Part shown: in pieces, positions 43,514 through 52,412 of the stretch
Layout: each line of letters starts with the position of its first letter
Numbering within the stretch: the first letter of the stretch is position 1
Translations under genes and position numbers: made by a program
Source: an uncultured Gemmatimonadaceae bacterium
GTDB taxonomy: Bacteria > Gemmatimonadota > Gemmatimonadetes > Gemmatimonadales > Gemmatimonadaceae
Assembly: GCA_963781585.1 (NCBI GenBank)
Contig: CAWAGQ010000011.1
Span: 192,001 to 256,000, forward strand
Reading direction: 5' to 3'
Length of the DNA stretch: 64,000 nucleotides
The notes under the pieces: model-generated
The model's database searches: none
The model's input: only the letters and a program-made list of their open reading frames with translations
What the model was told of the DNA's origin: nothing

Positions 43514-44925
43514 GGTCAAGTGCAGAGGTGTGTGTAGAAACGGATCTTCTGGGTTGAGGGTCGTTAGGCAGTCTTCTGCATGAGCGACTGGGGATCAGGA
43601 ATGCGTTGGAGTTCTGCAGGATCGAGGTAACGTCGTTCCATCCACTGTTCGTTGCGTTCGATCGCGAGCGCCGTGCCGAGGCGCAGGAGGCTCGCATCGT
43701 TGGGGAAGATCCGCACCACCTTCGTGCGCCGTTGCATCTCCCCGTGTTCATGCTCGATCGAATTCGTCGTGCGGAGCTTCCGGCGGAGATCGCCGTCCGG
43801 CAAGAGATACACCGCCAACGTTTCGTGCGCGGTCGCCTCGAGCCACTCGGCCAGGGCGGGGAGCGGCTTCCGAAGACTCGTGATCAGGCGCGTCAGGCGC
43901 TCCTCGGCCATCTCGCGGGTGGGCGCCGCCCAGACATCGCGCAGCGCGGCGACGAGTTGCTGCTGCCGGCGCTCACCACTGACTTTCGCGAGAGCGTTCC
44001 GGAGGTAGTGCACCTGACAGCGTTGATGGACCGCGTTCGGGAAATACCGGTGCAGCGTGGTCGAGGCCCTGGTGTTCATCCGACACCACGTACTGGACGC
44101 CCGTGATCCCACGCTGCGTGAGCTGGGCGAAGACCTGGCCCCAGCTCTCGGCACTCTCGCTCACGCCAAGCCAGCAGCCGAGGTGTTCCCGATGGCCATC
44201 GGCCGTGATCCCAATGACCCAGAGCCTGGCCGTCGAGCGCACGTGCCCATCCCGCCGCACCTGCTCGTGGTGCGCATCGATAATGAGGATCGGGTACGTC
44301 GTCGCATCCAGCGCCCGACTGCGCCAGGCGGCGAGCTCCACGTCGAGCTTCTTCGCCAGGGCGCTCACCTCGGAGGCGGAGATCGTCGTGCCGCAGAGCT
44401 GCTCGACGATGGCACTCACCTTCCGGGTCGAAACCGCCTGCACGTACATCTCTTGGAGCGCAAGGACCAACGCCTTCTCACTCCGCTGGTAGCGCTGGAA
44501 GAGCGAGGGCTGGAAGCGGCCACTGCGATCGCGGGGAATCTGGAGCGTGAGCGGGCCGACCCGCGTCACCCACCGCCGCGTGCGATACCCGTTCCGCCAG
44601 CCCGTGCGCTGCGGCGTGCGCTCGAAGGCTTCCGCCCCGAGGAACGCGGTAAACTCGCGGTCGATCACGTCGTGGACAATGGTCGTCAGCATCTGGCGGA
44701 GCGCGTCGTCGGGGGCGGGCTCTTGTTCTCCCACCACGGTAAGACTACTCTTTCGATCGAAGGCCATCGTTGATCTGCTGGGTGTTGCGGGCGCGAACCC
44801 GCGGTGAAGGACTCTTCACCCCAGAAGATGAGCGGTGGTCTTTCTCTTTCAAGGCCCTTCGACTGCCTAACGGCAATCAAAGGCTCGACGCACCGCCGAT
44901 TCTACACAAACTTATGCACGCTCCC
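43514..44925 (-). mobile_element. IS256-family element; transposase 44767-43564 with one frameshift (about 44060); 8-bp target duplication GCCACGCC
   Basis: 'RNGYR', 'IPRDRSG.FQP', 'VSTRKV', 'QRCQVH..RN', 'RTTNSIE'; IRs GG....GTGCA.A.GT.TGTGTAGAA; GCCACGCC at 43506-43513 and 44926-44933. Confidence 0.93.
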
Positions 44926-44941
44926 GCCACGCCTCGACCCA

Positions 44942-45998
44942 GGTGCAGGACGGTGCATACGGCGCCCTCGAGCATCTCAATTCGGTCACGTTAGGCATAC
45001 CGAGCGCCGACCTGGCCCGGAACGTCGACGAGCCGCTGGAAGAGATCGCCCACGAGTACTTCCACGCGTGGAATATCATGCGGATCCGGCCGGCGGAATA
45101 CCCGGCGGTGACGTGGGACGCGTTCCCGGCGGCCTCCGGGCTCTGGTGGAGCGAGGGGCTGACGATGTTCTACGCCGATCTGCTGCTCCGGCGGGCAGGA
45201 ATCCCGGTCGCACACCCCTCGCGTACCGCACACCTCGAGTCGCTGATCGCGCGGTATCTCTCGGAGCCGGGAGATTCGCATCTCTCGCCCGAGCGCGTGA
45301 GTCGTGGCGCCTACGGCGCACCCGACGCCCTCGGCGACTATCAGGCCTCGACCCACCTGCAAGGCGAGTTGCTGGGCGCGATGCTCGATCTCATGGTGCG
45401 AAGTGCCACGCGCGGCACGCGGACCATCGACGACGTGATGCGTCTGATGATGCGCCGATACGGCGGCGCGGTGGGATTCCACAGTGGGGACATCGCTGGC
45501 GTGGTGGCGGCGGTCTGCGGGTGCGAGATGAAGACTTTCTTCGACACCTACGTGCGCGGCGCCGCGCCGATCGACTTCAACCGGTTCCTCGCCCTGGTCG
45601 GACTGCGGGTCGACATCACCAGGAGACCGGCGGTGGACGAGCGTGGGCAGCCGGTGCCGAACCGGCGGATCTATGTGTTCAATCCGGCGACGGACGCGTC
45701 GACGCGTCTGCTGCTGAGCGATCCCGAGAGCGAGTGGGGGAGAGCCGGATTGCACAGCGGCGACGTCATCATATCGATGAACGGGGCGAGTGTGCCGAGC
45801 TTCGCGGCGTTTCGCCAGATGGTGGCAGGCTGGCGCGTGGGCGACAGCGTGCGCGTCGTGGTGTCACGGCCCACCGGTCGATATTCGGCGACCGTGGTCA
45901 TCGGGCAGGCGCAGCAGGTCACCGCGCGGATCAGCGAGATCGACGGGGCCAGCGCGGCGGCGCGCAAGCTGAGGGTGGAGTGGGAGGCGGGGCGGTGA
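44942..45998 (+). pseudogene. 5'-truncated duplicate of the M61 peptidase 3' half (copy of 35343-36399)
   Basis: About 1057 bp near-identical to 35343-36399 with a few substitutions; no signal peptide or N-terminal domain. Confidence 0.92.
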
Positions 45999-46101
45999 GG
46001 CGGCTGGCGCGGCGCTGACCGGCAGTCATATAGTAGTGCTGGGCGGGCGTTAGCAGCCAAGCCCAATCAAGGGCCGTGACAACAGGGATGGCTGAAGACT
46101 G

Positions 46102-47235
46102 ATGATCACGACACGCCCGGCAATTCCACACGCGGCGTTCTCGGCGTTGTTGCTGTTGTCGGCGCCTGGAGGGAGCGCGGCACAGCCGAGTCGCGTCATC
46201 CGGATTCCTGACGAGCCGTCGTGCGCACGGTGCACCATCACAAGCCGCACCGTCGTCACGATGGGAGCAGACGCCGGCCCGGGCGCGTTGAACTTCGGTC
46301 CCGCGCTGGTTCGCGTGGATGGACGCGGCCGGTATTGGGTCAGAGTCGGTACGGACCCGCCTCGCCTGTTCGACAGCGCGGGACGATTTCTTCGCATGGC
46401 GGGGCGATCCGGCCAGGGGCCGGGCGAGTTCTTTCACCCATACTTCTTTCTCGCCCTCCCCGGTGACTCGATGCTGGTGGTGGACGAGGGATTCGCGACC
46501 GTCTTCGACGCCGACTTGCTGGATGATCGCCGCATCACGACGCGCGCGACGCTCTATCCGACGATCATACTGTCCTGGCCTGGCGACATCATCGCGGTCG
46601 GCAACCGCCCCGGGCCGACGTGGGGAGTGAATCGCGTGCATCGCGTGTCCCTCGCCGGCCGGGACCTGCAGTTCCTCGAATCACTTCCACGCGACTCCTC
46701 TCCTCCGCTGCGCCAGCCGTACCCACCCAACCTGCTCCAGGTTCTTGCGGTGAGCGGACCGAATTCATTCTGGACGGCCGACCGCACTCTCTACGACGTA
46801 CTCAGATGGACGAGGGACAGCGGCTTCGTTCAGGTCTTGCAGCGTCGCCCGCGCTGGTTTGCCGATCGCTCGAAGTTCGGAATTGGGAATCCCAGGGAAG
46901 CACCGCAGCCGCACCTGGTCGCCTTGCATCAGGACGAAGCCGGACGCCTGTGGGTCTACTCGAAGATTGCCGCCGACAGCTGGCGATCAGCCTGGGATCG
47001 AGTCCCGCCGGGGGCCGTTGAAGTACCCGCGACGCAGATCGACCAGGAGAAACTGTTCACGCCCGTTGTCGAGGTGATTGACCCTGTCTCGGCGACCGTG
47101 ATTGCCCGGCAGTTTCTGGGCAGGGATCTGTCCGATGTTCTGCCTTCCGGCCGGGTCGCGTCCTACGAGGTGGATGCGAATGGTGTTGGACGCCTGACGA
47201 TCATGGAGCTCATCATTTCGGGGACTGGAAAGTAG
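46102..47235 (+). CDS. Secreted 6-bladed beta-propeller-like protein
   Basis: Signal peptide; 'FDSAGRFLRMAGRSGQGPGEF', 'PGDSMLVVD', 'QDEAGRLWV'. Confidence 0.75.
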   Translation: MITTRPAIPHAAFSALLLLSAPGGSAAQPSRVIRIPDEPSCARCTITSRTVVTMGADAGPGALNFGPALVRVDGRGRYWVRVGTDPPRLFDSAGRFLRMAGRSGQGPGEFFHPYFFLALPGDSMLVVDEGFATVFDADLLDDRRITTRATLYPTIILSWPGDIIAVGNRPGPTWGVNRVHRVSLAGRDLQFLESLPRDSSPPLRQPYPPNLLQVLAVSGPNSFWTADRTLYDVLRWTRDSGFVQVLQRRPRWFADRSKFGIGNPREAPQPHLVALHQDEAGRLWVYSKIAADSWRSAWDRVPPGAVEVPATQIDQEKLFTPVVEVIDPVSATVIARQFLGRDLSDVLPSGRVASYEVDANGVGRLTIMELIISGTGK

Positions 47236-47372
47236 TCACACTCCGGCGAGGGTTGGCCGAGACGCCGACGAATGAGCATGCAAGGGGAACACTGGCATCC
47301 CCAGCGGGTGACCTGGCCCCGTTTCTTCATGAACGGAGGGGAAGCGGAGGTCGCGCGCCAGACGATGGCCGA

Positions 47373-50072
47373 CTACTCGGCGCGGATCGCTGCGATCGGA
47401 TCGGTGCGGGCCGCCCGGATCGCCGGCAGCAACGCGGCGATGACTCCAACCCCGAACAGGAGCGCGATCCCCGTTCCCAGGGCCATCGGATCGTGCGGCG
47501 AGAGGCCGTACACGAGACTCCGCGTCAGCCGCAGCAGCGGGAACCAGAGGACGAAGCCCGCCACGAGTCCCCCGGCGATTGTCCGCAGTGAATCGCGCAA
47601 CACGACCCACGACACCGCCGCCGGCGAGGCGCCTAACGCAAGCCGCACGCCCATCTCGTTCGTCCGCCGGGTCACCGAGTAGCTGATCACCCCGTACAAC
47701 CCGATCGCCGCGAGCAGCAGCGCCAGCACACCGAAGCTCCCCGCCAACCGCGCCACCATCCGCTCGGTCGTCAATCCCCGCTCGAGCAGTTGCTCGACCA
47801 CCATCACGTCGCGCACGGGAAGGTTGGGATCCACCGACGCGAGCGCCGTCCGGATTCCGGAGATCGCGGCCTGCGGCGCACCGGTCGTACGCGCCTCGAC
47901 GCTGGTGATGTATTCCTGCGGGCGCTGCGCCAGCGGGTGGAACACCAGGGACGCCGGCGCCTCGCGCAGGCTGTTGACGCGGACATCGCGCACCACGCCC
48001 ACCACCTCGAGCTCCGGCGGCGTGTCATATCCGAAGTGCTTCCCGACCACCGTGTCCGTGCCGAAGAATCGTCGCGCTGCGGTCTGGCTGATCACCACAA
48101 CCTGAGGGGCGTCCCTGGTGTCGCGATCGGTGAAGGCTCGGCCGCGGACCAGGGGGACGCCGACCGTCTGGAAATAGTCCGGCGTCACGAAATCCTCCTG
48201 CCCGGGTTTGGTCCCGGTCGCTTGTTCGCGGCCGGGCACGGTGAATCCGCTGGTTCGCCGCGATCCGGTCCCGAGCGCGTGGTCCGACAGACTCGCCGAC
48301 CGCACGCCGGGCACCGCCCGCACCGACGCCAGCAACCGGTCGTACAGCGCCGGCAGTTGCTCGAAGGTGTAGCCGGCGGCGCGCAGGTCGAGCTGCGCGG
48401 TCACCAGCCGCTCGCGCTCGAACCCGGGGTCGATGCTCAGCAGGTTCCGGAATGTGCGCACGAACACGCCTGCCGAGGTCACGAGCACCAGCGAGAGCGC
48501 GATCTGCGCCATGACGAGCAGACGTCCGAGCGGCAGCCGATGCGATTGGGGTGCGGAAACCACTCGCGTTCCGCCCTTGAAGCTGTCGTGCAGATCGGTA
48601 CGGGCCACGCGCAGCGCGGGCGCCAGGCCGAAGAGCAAACCGGCGACGATCGTCACGCCGAACGCGAACGCGAGGACGCGTCCGTCGAGCGACGCGTCGA
48701 GCGGAATGGCCCGGGAGCCCGTGGATGCCAGACGCAGCAGCGCCCGCGTCGCCCACTGGGCGACGCCGAGCCCGAGCAGTCCGCCGATGATCGCGAGCGT
48801 GAGGCTCTCGGTCAGCGTCTGGCGGACGAGTCGTCCGGGCCTGGCGCCGAGGGACACGCGCACCGCCATCTCGTGCGAGCGTGCGGCTCCCCGCGCGAGC
48901 AGCAGCCCGGCGAGATTCGCGCAGGCGATGAGCAGGATGAGACCCACGCTCGCCATCAGGGCACGCAACGGATCACCGAATTCCTCGCGCAGCGGCGAGA
49001 ATCCACGGCTGATCGGTTGCAGCAAGACGTGCGCACGCGACCAATGCGCCCGGGTCGCCGAGTCGCTATTGGCCAGCTCGGCGTCGAGGTTCGCGCGGAA
49101 CGGCAGGTCGAGACGTGCCGCGATGGCGCGTGCCTGCGCCGGATCGACCCGCGCGACCAGGGTCAGCCAGCTCATGCCGCTCTGCGGAAGCCACGGTTGA
49201 CCGGGGTCCGCGTTCGACGCGCCGAAGTTCGAGATCCAGTGCAGGTTGTGCTGCATAACGAGCGGCACGAACAGGTCCATCGTCTGACCAACCGTGAGTC
49301 CACGGAACCCGACCTGGGCGACGCCGATGATCGTGAGCGGTACGCCGTTGACGCGCATCGTGCGGCCTATGACCGACGGATCGCGTCCGAAGCGCCGGTC
49401 CCAGAAGCTCTCCGTGATCACGGCCACCGGCCCGCCGCCTAACGTGCGGTCGTCGTCGGGACCGATGAGGCGGCCGGCCAGGGCGCGAACGCCGAGCATG
49501 GAGAAGAATCTCCCGGAGACCAGCTGCGCGGCGACCGCCTCCGGCCGGTCGCCGATCGTGGCGTAGAGCCGCGACACCGAGGTCATGGCGCCGATGCGGA
49601 GGGTATCCGGCAGCGCCTGCTGGTACCGGAGCATCAACGGGTGCGACACCAGGTCATTGTCGTCGTCGATGCCCGTTCTCGTGATCGTGTGCAGCTGTTC
49701 GGGACGCGCAACGGGCAGGGCCCGGCGCATCAGCGCGTCGAGGATGCTCCAGACCGACGTGTTGGCGCCGACGCCGATGGCGAGTGTCAGCGCGGCGGCG
49801 ACGCTGAAGCCGGGCGACCGCGCCATGGCGCGCAGTGCATAACGCGTGTCGTGCCACCAGTCCTCGATCCACCGCGTACCGCGCGCATCGCGGGTGCTCT
49901 CCTTCACCTGCTCCAGGCCGCCCAGGTCGACGCGGGCCCGCCGGCGCGCTTCGGCGCGCGAGACTCCGAGGCGCTCGAGGTCATCGGCGGCGGTGTCGAG
50001 GTGGAACTGGAGCTCCTTCTCCAGCTCACGCTCCAGTGCCCGGCGCCGGACGAGACGGGTGATCCACGACAT
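47373..50072 (-). CDS. ADOP-type duplicated ABC transporter permease
   Basis: 'ELEKELQFHL...ARRRAR..LGGLEQVKE' permease prefix; 'IACANLAGLL'; '[13 protein letters not shown]'. Confidence 0.93.
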   Translation of the reverse strand: MSWITRLVRRRALERELEKELQFHLDTAADDLERLGVSRAEARRRARVDLGGLEQVKESTRDARGTRWIEDWWHDTRYALRAMARSPGFSVAAALTLAIGVGANTSVWSILDALMRRALPVARPEQLHTITRTGIDDDNDLVSHPLMLRYQQALPDTLRIGAMTSVSRLYATIGDRPEAVAAQLVSGRFFSMLGVRALAGRLIGPDDDRTLGGGPVAVITESFWDRRFGRDPSVIGRTMRVNGVPLTIIGVAQVGFRGLTVGQTMDLFVPLVMQHNLHWISNFGASNADPGQPWLPQSGMSWLTLVARVDPAQARAIAARLDLPFRANLDAELANSDSATRAHWSRAHVLLQPISRGFSPLREEFGDPLRALMASVGLILLIACANLAGLLLARGAARSHEMAVRVSLGARPGRLVRQTLTESLTLAIIGGLLGLGVAQWATRALLRLASTGSRAIPLDASLDGRVLAFAFGVTIVAGLLFGLAPALRVARTDLHDSFKGGTRVVSAPQSHRLPLGRLLVMAQIALSLVLVTSAGVFVRTFRNLLSIDPGFERERLVTAQLDLRAAGYTFEQLPALYDRLLASVRAVPGVRSASLSDHALGTGSRRTSGFTVPGREQATGTKPGQEDFVTPDYFQTVGVPLVRGRAFTDRDTRDAPQVVVISQTAARRFFGTDTVVGKHFGYDTPPELEVVGVVRDVRVNSLREAPASLVFHPLAQRPQEYITSVEARTTGAPQAAISGIRTALASVDPNLPVRDVMVVEQLLERGLTTERMVARLAGSFGVLALLLAAIGLYGVISYSVTRRTNEMGVRLALGASPAAVSWVVLRDSLRTIAGGLVAGFVLWFPLLRLTRSLVYGLSPHDPMALGTGIALLFGVGVIAALLPAIRAARTDPIAAIRAE

Positions 50073-50081
50073 GGGAGCGGA

Positions 50082-50414
50082 TCAGGAGATGCCGAGGACG
50101 AGCGCGATCGCTCTGGACAGCTCGATCCACTCGGCGACTTCGATGTCGAGCCGGCGTTTGCCCTTCGCGCTCAGGCGATAGAACTTCGCTTCGCGTCCGG
50201 TGGCGGTGGCGCGCCACTCCGCCTTGAGCAGGCCCTGGTTCTCGAGTCGATGGAGGGCCGGATAGAGGGAGCCCTGCGGGACGGTGAGGCGGCCGCCGGA
50301 GATGAGCTTGAGGCGGTGGACCAGCGCGTAGCCGTGGAGCGGCTCGTCGGCGACGGCGCGCAGGACGAGCATGTCGAGGGTGCCCTGGAGGAGGTCGGCT
50401 CTGGCGGTCGCCAT
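50082..50414 (-). CDS. PadR-family transcriptional regulator (acidobacterial type)
   Basis: 'LLQGTLDMLVL', 'LHGY', 'QGSLYPALHRLE', 'REAKFY'. Confidence 0.93.
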   Translation of the reverse strand: MATARADLLQGTLDMLVLRAVADEPLHGYALVHRLKLISGGRLTVPQGSLYPALHRLENQGLLKAEWRATATGREAKFYRLSAKGKRRLDIEVAEWIELSRAIALVLGIS

Positions 50415-50415
50415 A

Positions 50416-50453
50416 TCGAGACATTCTAGGCATCAACGCCGAGGATGTCTAGG
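50416..50453. promoter_or_regulatory. Two tandem imperfect palindromes, putative PadR operators
   Basis: TCGAGA-CAT-TCTAGG (50416-50430) and CCGAGG-ATG-TCTAGG (50439-50453) directly before the PadR start. Confidence 0.55.
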
Positions 50454-50547
50454 TGTGTGGTGCCAGGCCGTCGCCCCATCCCGTCACGGGGGATTCGAGC
50501 AGGAGGCCGAACCGGACAGTGACTGCCTGCGCCGAGGAACTCGCGTC

Positions 50548-50584
50548 TTCACGATGCGCGGCATATCGAGTATGATCCGATATG
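50548..50584 (+). promoter_or_regulatory. Leaderless promoter with inverted-repeat operator for the RHH gene
   Basis: TTCACG-N17-TATGAT, ATG 5 nt later; CATATCG-N9-CGATATG spans the -10 and start codon. Confidence 0.65.
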
Positions 50585-50944
50585 TCGAAGACCCCATCGT
50601 TCGCCCGGATCGCCATCACGTTGCCCCGGCAAGTCCTCGCCGCCGCCGACCGGGCGGCCAGCGCGCTCGACCGATCCCGGAGCTGGGTGATCGCGGAGGC
50701 GGTGCGCCGCTTCACCGTCGAGCCCCCCACACCGCCGTCCTCGTCGACGCCAGGCGTCGGTTCATCGCGACGGGCGCAGCTCGCGGCCGACCTCCGCCTG
50801 TCACCGGAGGAACGCGTGCGTGAGGCTGAGGAGACCATGCGGACGTCCCGGCTCGCCCACGGTGCCGGGCGCCACGGCATCGTGGCATTCGACCGGTACG
50901 AAGACTACCTCGAGTGGAAGCGCGTGCAGGACGTCGCCCTGTGA
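50582..50944 (+). CDS. Ribbon-helix-helix (CopG-like) protein, putative antitoxin
   Basis: 'RIAITLP...ADRAA....RSRSWVIAEAV' RHH pattern; C-terminal 'LSPEERVR'. Confidence 0.75.
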   Translation: MSKTPSFARIAITLPRQVLAAADRAASALDRSRSWVIAEAVRRFTVEPPTPPSSSTPGVGSSRRAQLAADLRLSPEERVREAEETMRTSRLAHGAGRHGIVAFDRYEDYLEWKRVQDVAL

Positions 50945-50952
50945 GACGGGCT

Positions 50953-51414
50953 GTGAAACCGGAGCGCACGCGTCTGGCGCGCGTGTGTGGCGCGCTCGAG
51001 GCGGAAGGCGCGCGTTACGTGCTGGTCGGCGCGAGCGCGATGCAGCTCTGGGGAACGACCCGGGCGACGCGGGACGTCGACATCCTCATCGAGGCGACCG
51101 TGGCCAACGCGCGACGTGTGCTCCGCGCGCTTTCGTCACTGGGATTCGGATTCGCGAAGGAGCTGCTCGCGGAGGAGGTGGCGAAACGGGCGGTCACCAT
51201 CGTCGGCGACATGCCAGGCGTGGACATTCTCACAATCGCGTGGACGGTGCGCTACGCGGACGCTCGGCGCGATGCGACGGTGTTCGAGCTGGAAGGGGTG
51301 AAGATCCCGACGGCGTCGATCGAACACCTGATCGCATCGAAGCGCACGGGGCGATTGCAGGATGCCGCGGACATCGAGATCCTCCAGGAGATCCGACGGC
51401 TGCGAGGCTCCTGA
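50953..51414 (+). CDS. Nucleotidyltransferase-fold protein, putative toxin
   Basis: 'VLVGASAMQLWG..RATRDVDIL' (G..A...R.T.D.D) and 'LIASK..GR.QD..DI'. Confidence 0.75.
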   Translation: MKPERTRLARVCGALEAEGARYVLVGASAMQLWGTTRATRDVDILIEATVANARRVLRALSSLGFGFAKELLAEEVAKRAVTIVGDMPGVDILTIAWTVRYADARRDATVFELEGVKIPTASIEHLIASKRTGRLQDAADIEILQEIRRLRGS

Positions 51415-51535
51415 GATCGCCCTGACCGCGCCCTGCGCTCTGGCGTCCCCACCGCGCCCGTGCATATTCGTTTCGGGAGGGCTGCAGGAAGAACGAGCGG
51501 GCGATTCCACCATGCCTAATGCAAGGAGGGCCATC

Positions 51536-52039
51536 ATGAAGCGGACACTGATCCTGTTGTGTGCCGCAGCGGCCGTCGGCGCGTGCGCGCCGGTTGGTGG
51601 CGGCGGTGCGATGCCCAGAGTGAATGATCCGGCCGACCTCGCGGCGGTCGGGCAGGTGCGCTCCGACTTCCAGGCGGCGTTCAACGCCGGGGACAGCGCA
51701 AAGATCGCGTCGCTGTACACCGACGACGCGCGGTCGATGGGCAACGGATTGTCCACGGGCGTGGGTGGTGCGGCGGCGGCTGCCGCCAACATGATGGGGC
51801 GCGAGAACGCGCAGTCGATGAGCGTCGAGATCGCCCCGGCGCGGACGGAGGTGGTGGGTGACATGGCGTACGACCAGGGGACGTTCAAGGTGTCGATCAC
51901 ACCGAAGACGGGCGCCGCGATGACCCAGGAGGGGCGGTATCTCGTCGTGTTGCGTCGTCAGGCAGACAGCTCGTGGAAGCTGGTGGCGGATATGGGAAAC
52001 ACGGCGACGCCGCCGGCGCCGCCTCCGGGGAAGAAGTAG
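51536..52039 (+). CDS. SnoaL/NTF2-like (DUF4440/YybH) lipoprotein
   Basis: AAGGAGG RBS; lipobox VGAC; 'AFNAGD...ASLYTDDA', 'GRYLVVLRRQADSSWK'. Confidence 0.85.
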   Translation: MKRTLILLCAAAAVGACAPVGGGGAMPRVNDPADLAAVGQVRSDFQAAFNAGDSAKIASLYTDDARSMGNGLSTGVGGAAAAAANMMGRENAQSMSVEIAPARTEVVGDMAYDQGTFKVSITPKTGAAMTQEGRYLVVLRRQADSSWKLVADMGNTATPPAPPPGKK

Positions 52040-52061
52040 GATTGCGTGCGGAATCATGGAG

Positions 52062-52092
52062 ACGGGCGCCGCGGACTGCGGCGCCCGTTTTT
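52062..52092 (+). terminator. Rho-independent terminator
   Basis: ACGGGCGCCGC-GGACT-GCGGCGCCCGT followed by TTTT. Confidence 0.85.
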
Positions 52093-52132
52093 GCATGGGC
52101 GAGACCACGGGGGGTCGCGGCCAAGGGGAAGC

Positions 52133-52289
52133 CTATCGCAAGCGACGGCCCACGGTCGTGCTCCAGCACGGCGTACTGGCTCTGAAAGTCGTAGTGGGCG
52201 TTGATCAGCGCGGAGCTCTCGTGCTCGAACTGCTCGCGCGACGTGGTGACGTCGAAGATCGAAACCGATCCCAGACGATATCGCTCGGC
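52133..52289 (-). pseudogene. Orphan 3' end of a TolC-family gene
   Basis: Hand translation 'AERYRLGSVSIFDVTTSREQFEHESSALINAHYDFQSQYAVLEH', then 'TVGRRLR*' after a 1-nt shift. Confidence 0.6.
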
Positions 52290-52412
52290 GTCCAGGCCAA
52301 GGAGGGGAAGCGGGAAGTCGGAGGTCGCGTGAAGTCAGGGGACGGTGTAGCGTAAGGGGAACCGCCCCACGGTCAGCCGCGTACGGTGGCGCAAGGTCGA
52401 CGGAGAAGGAGC

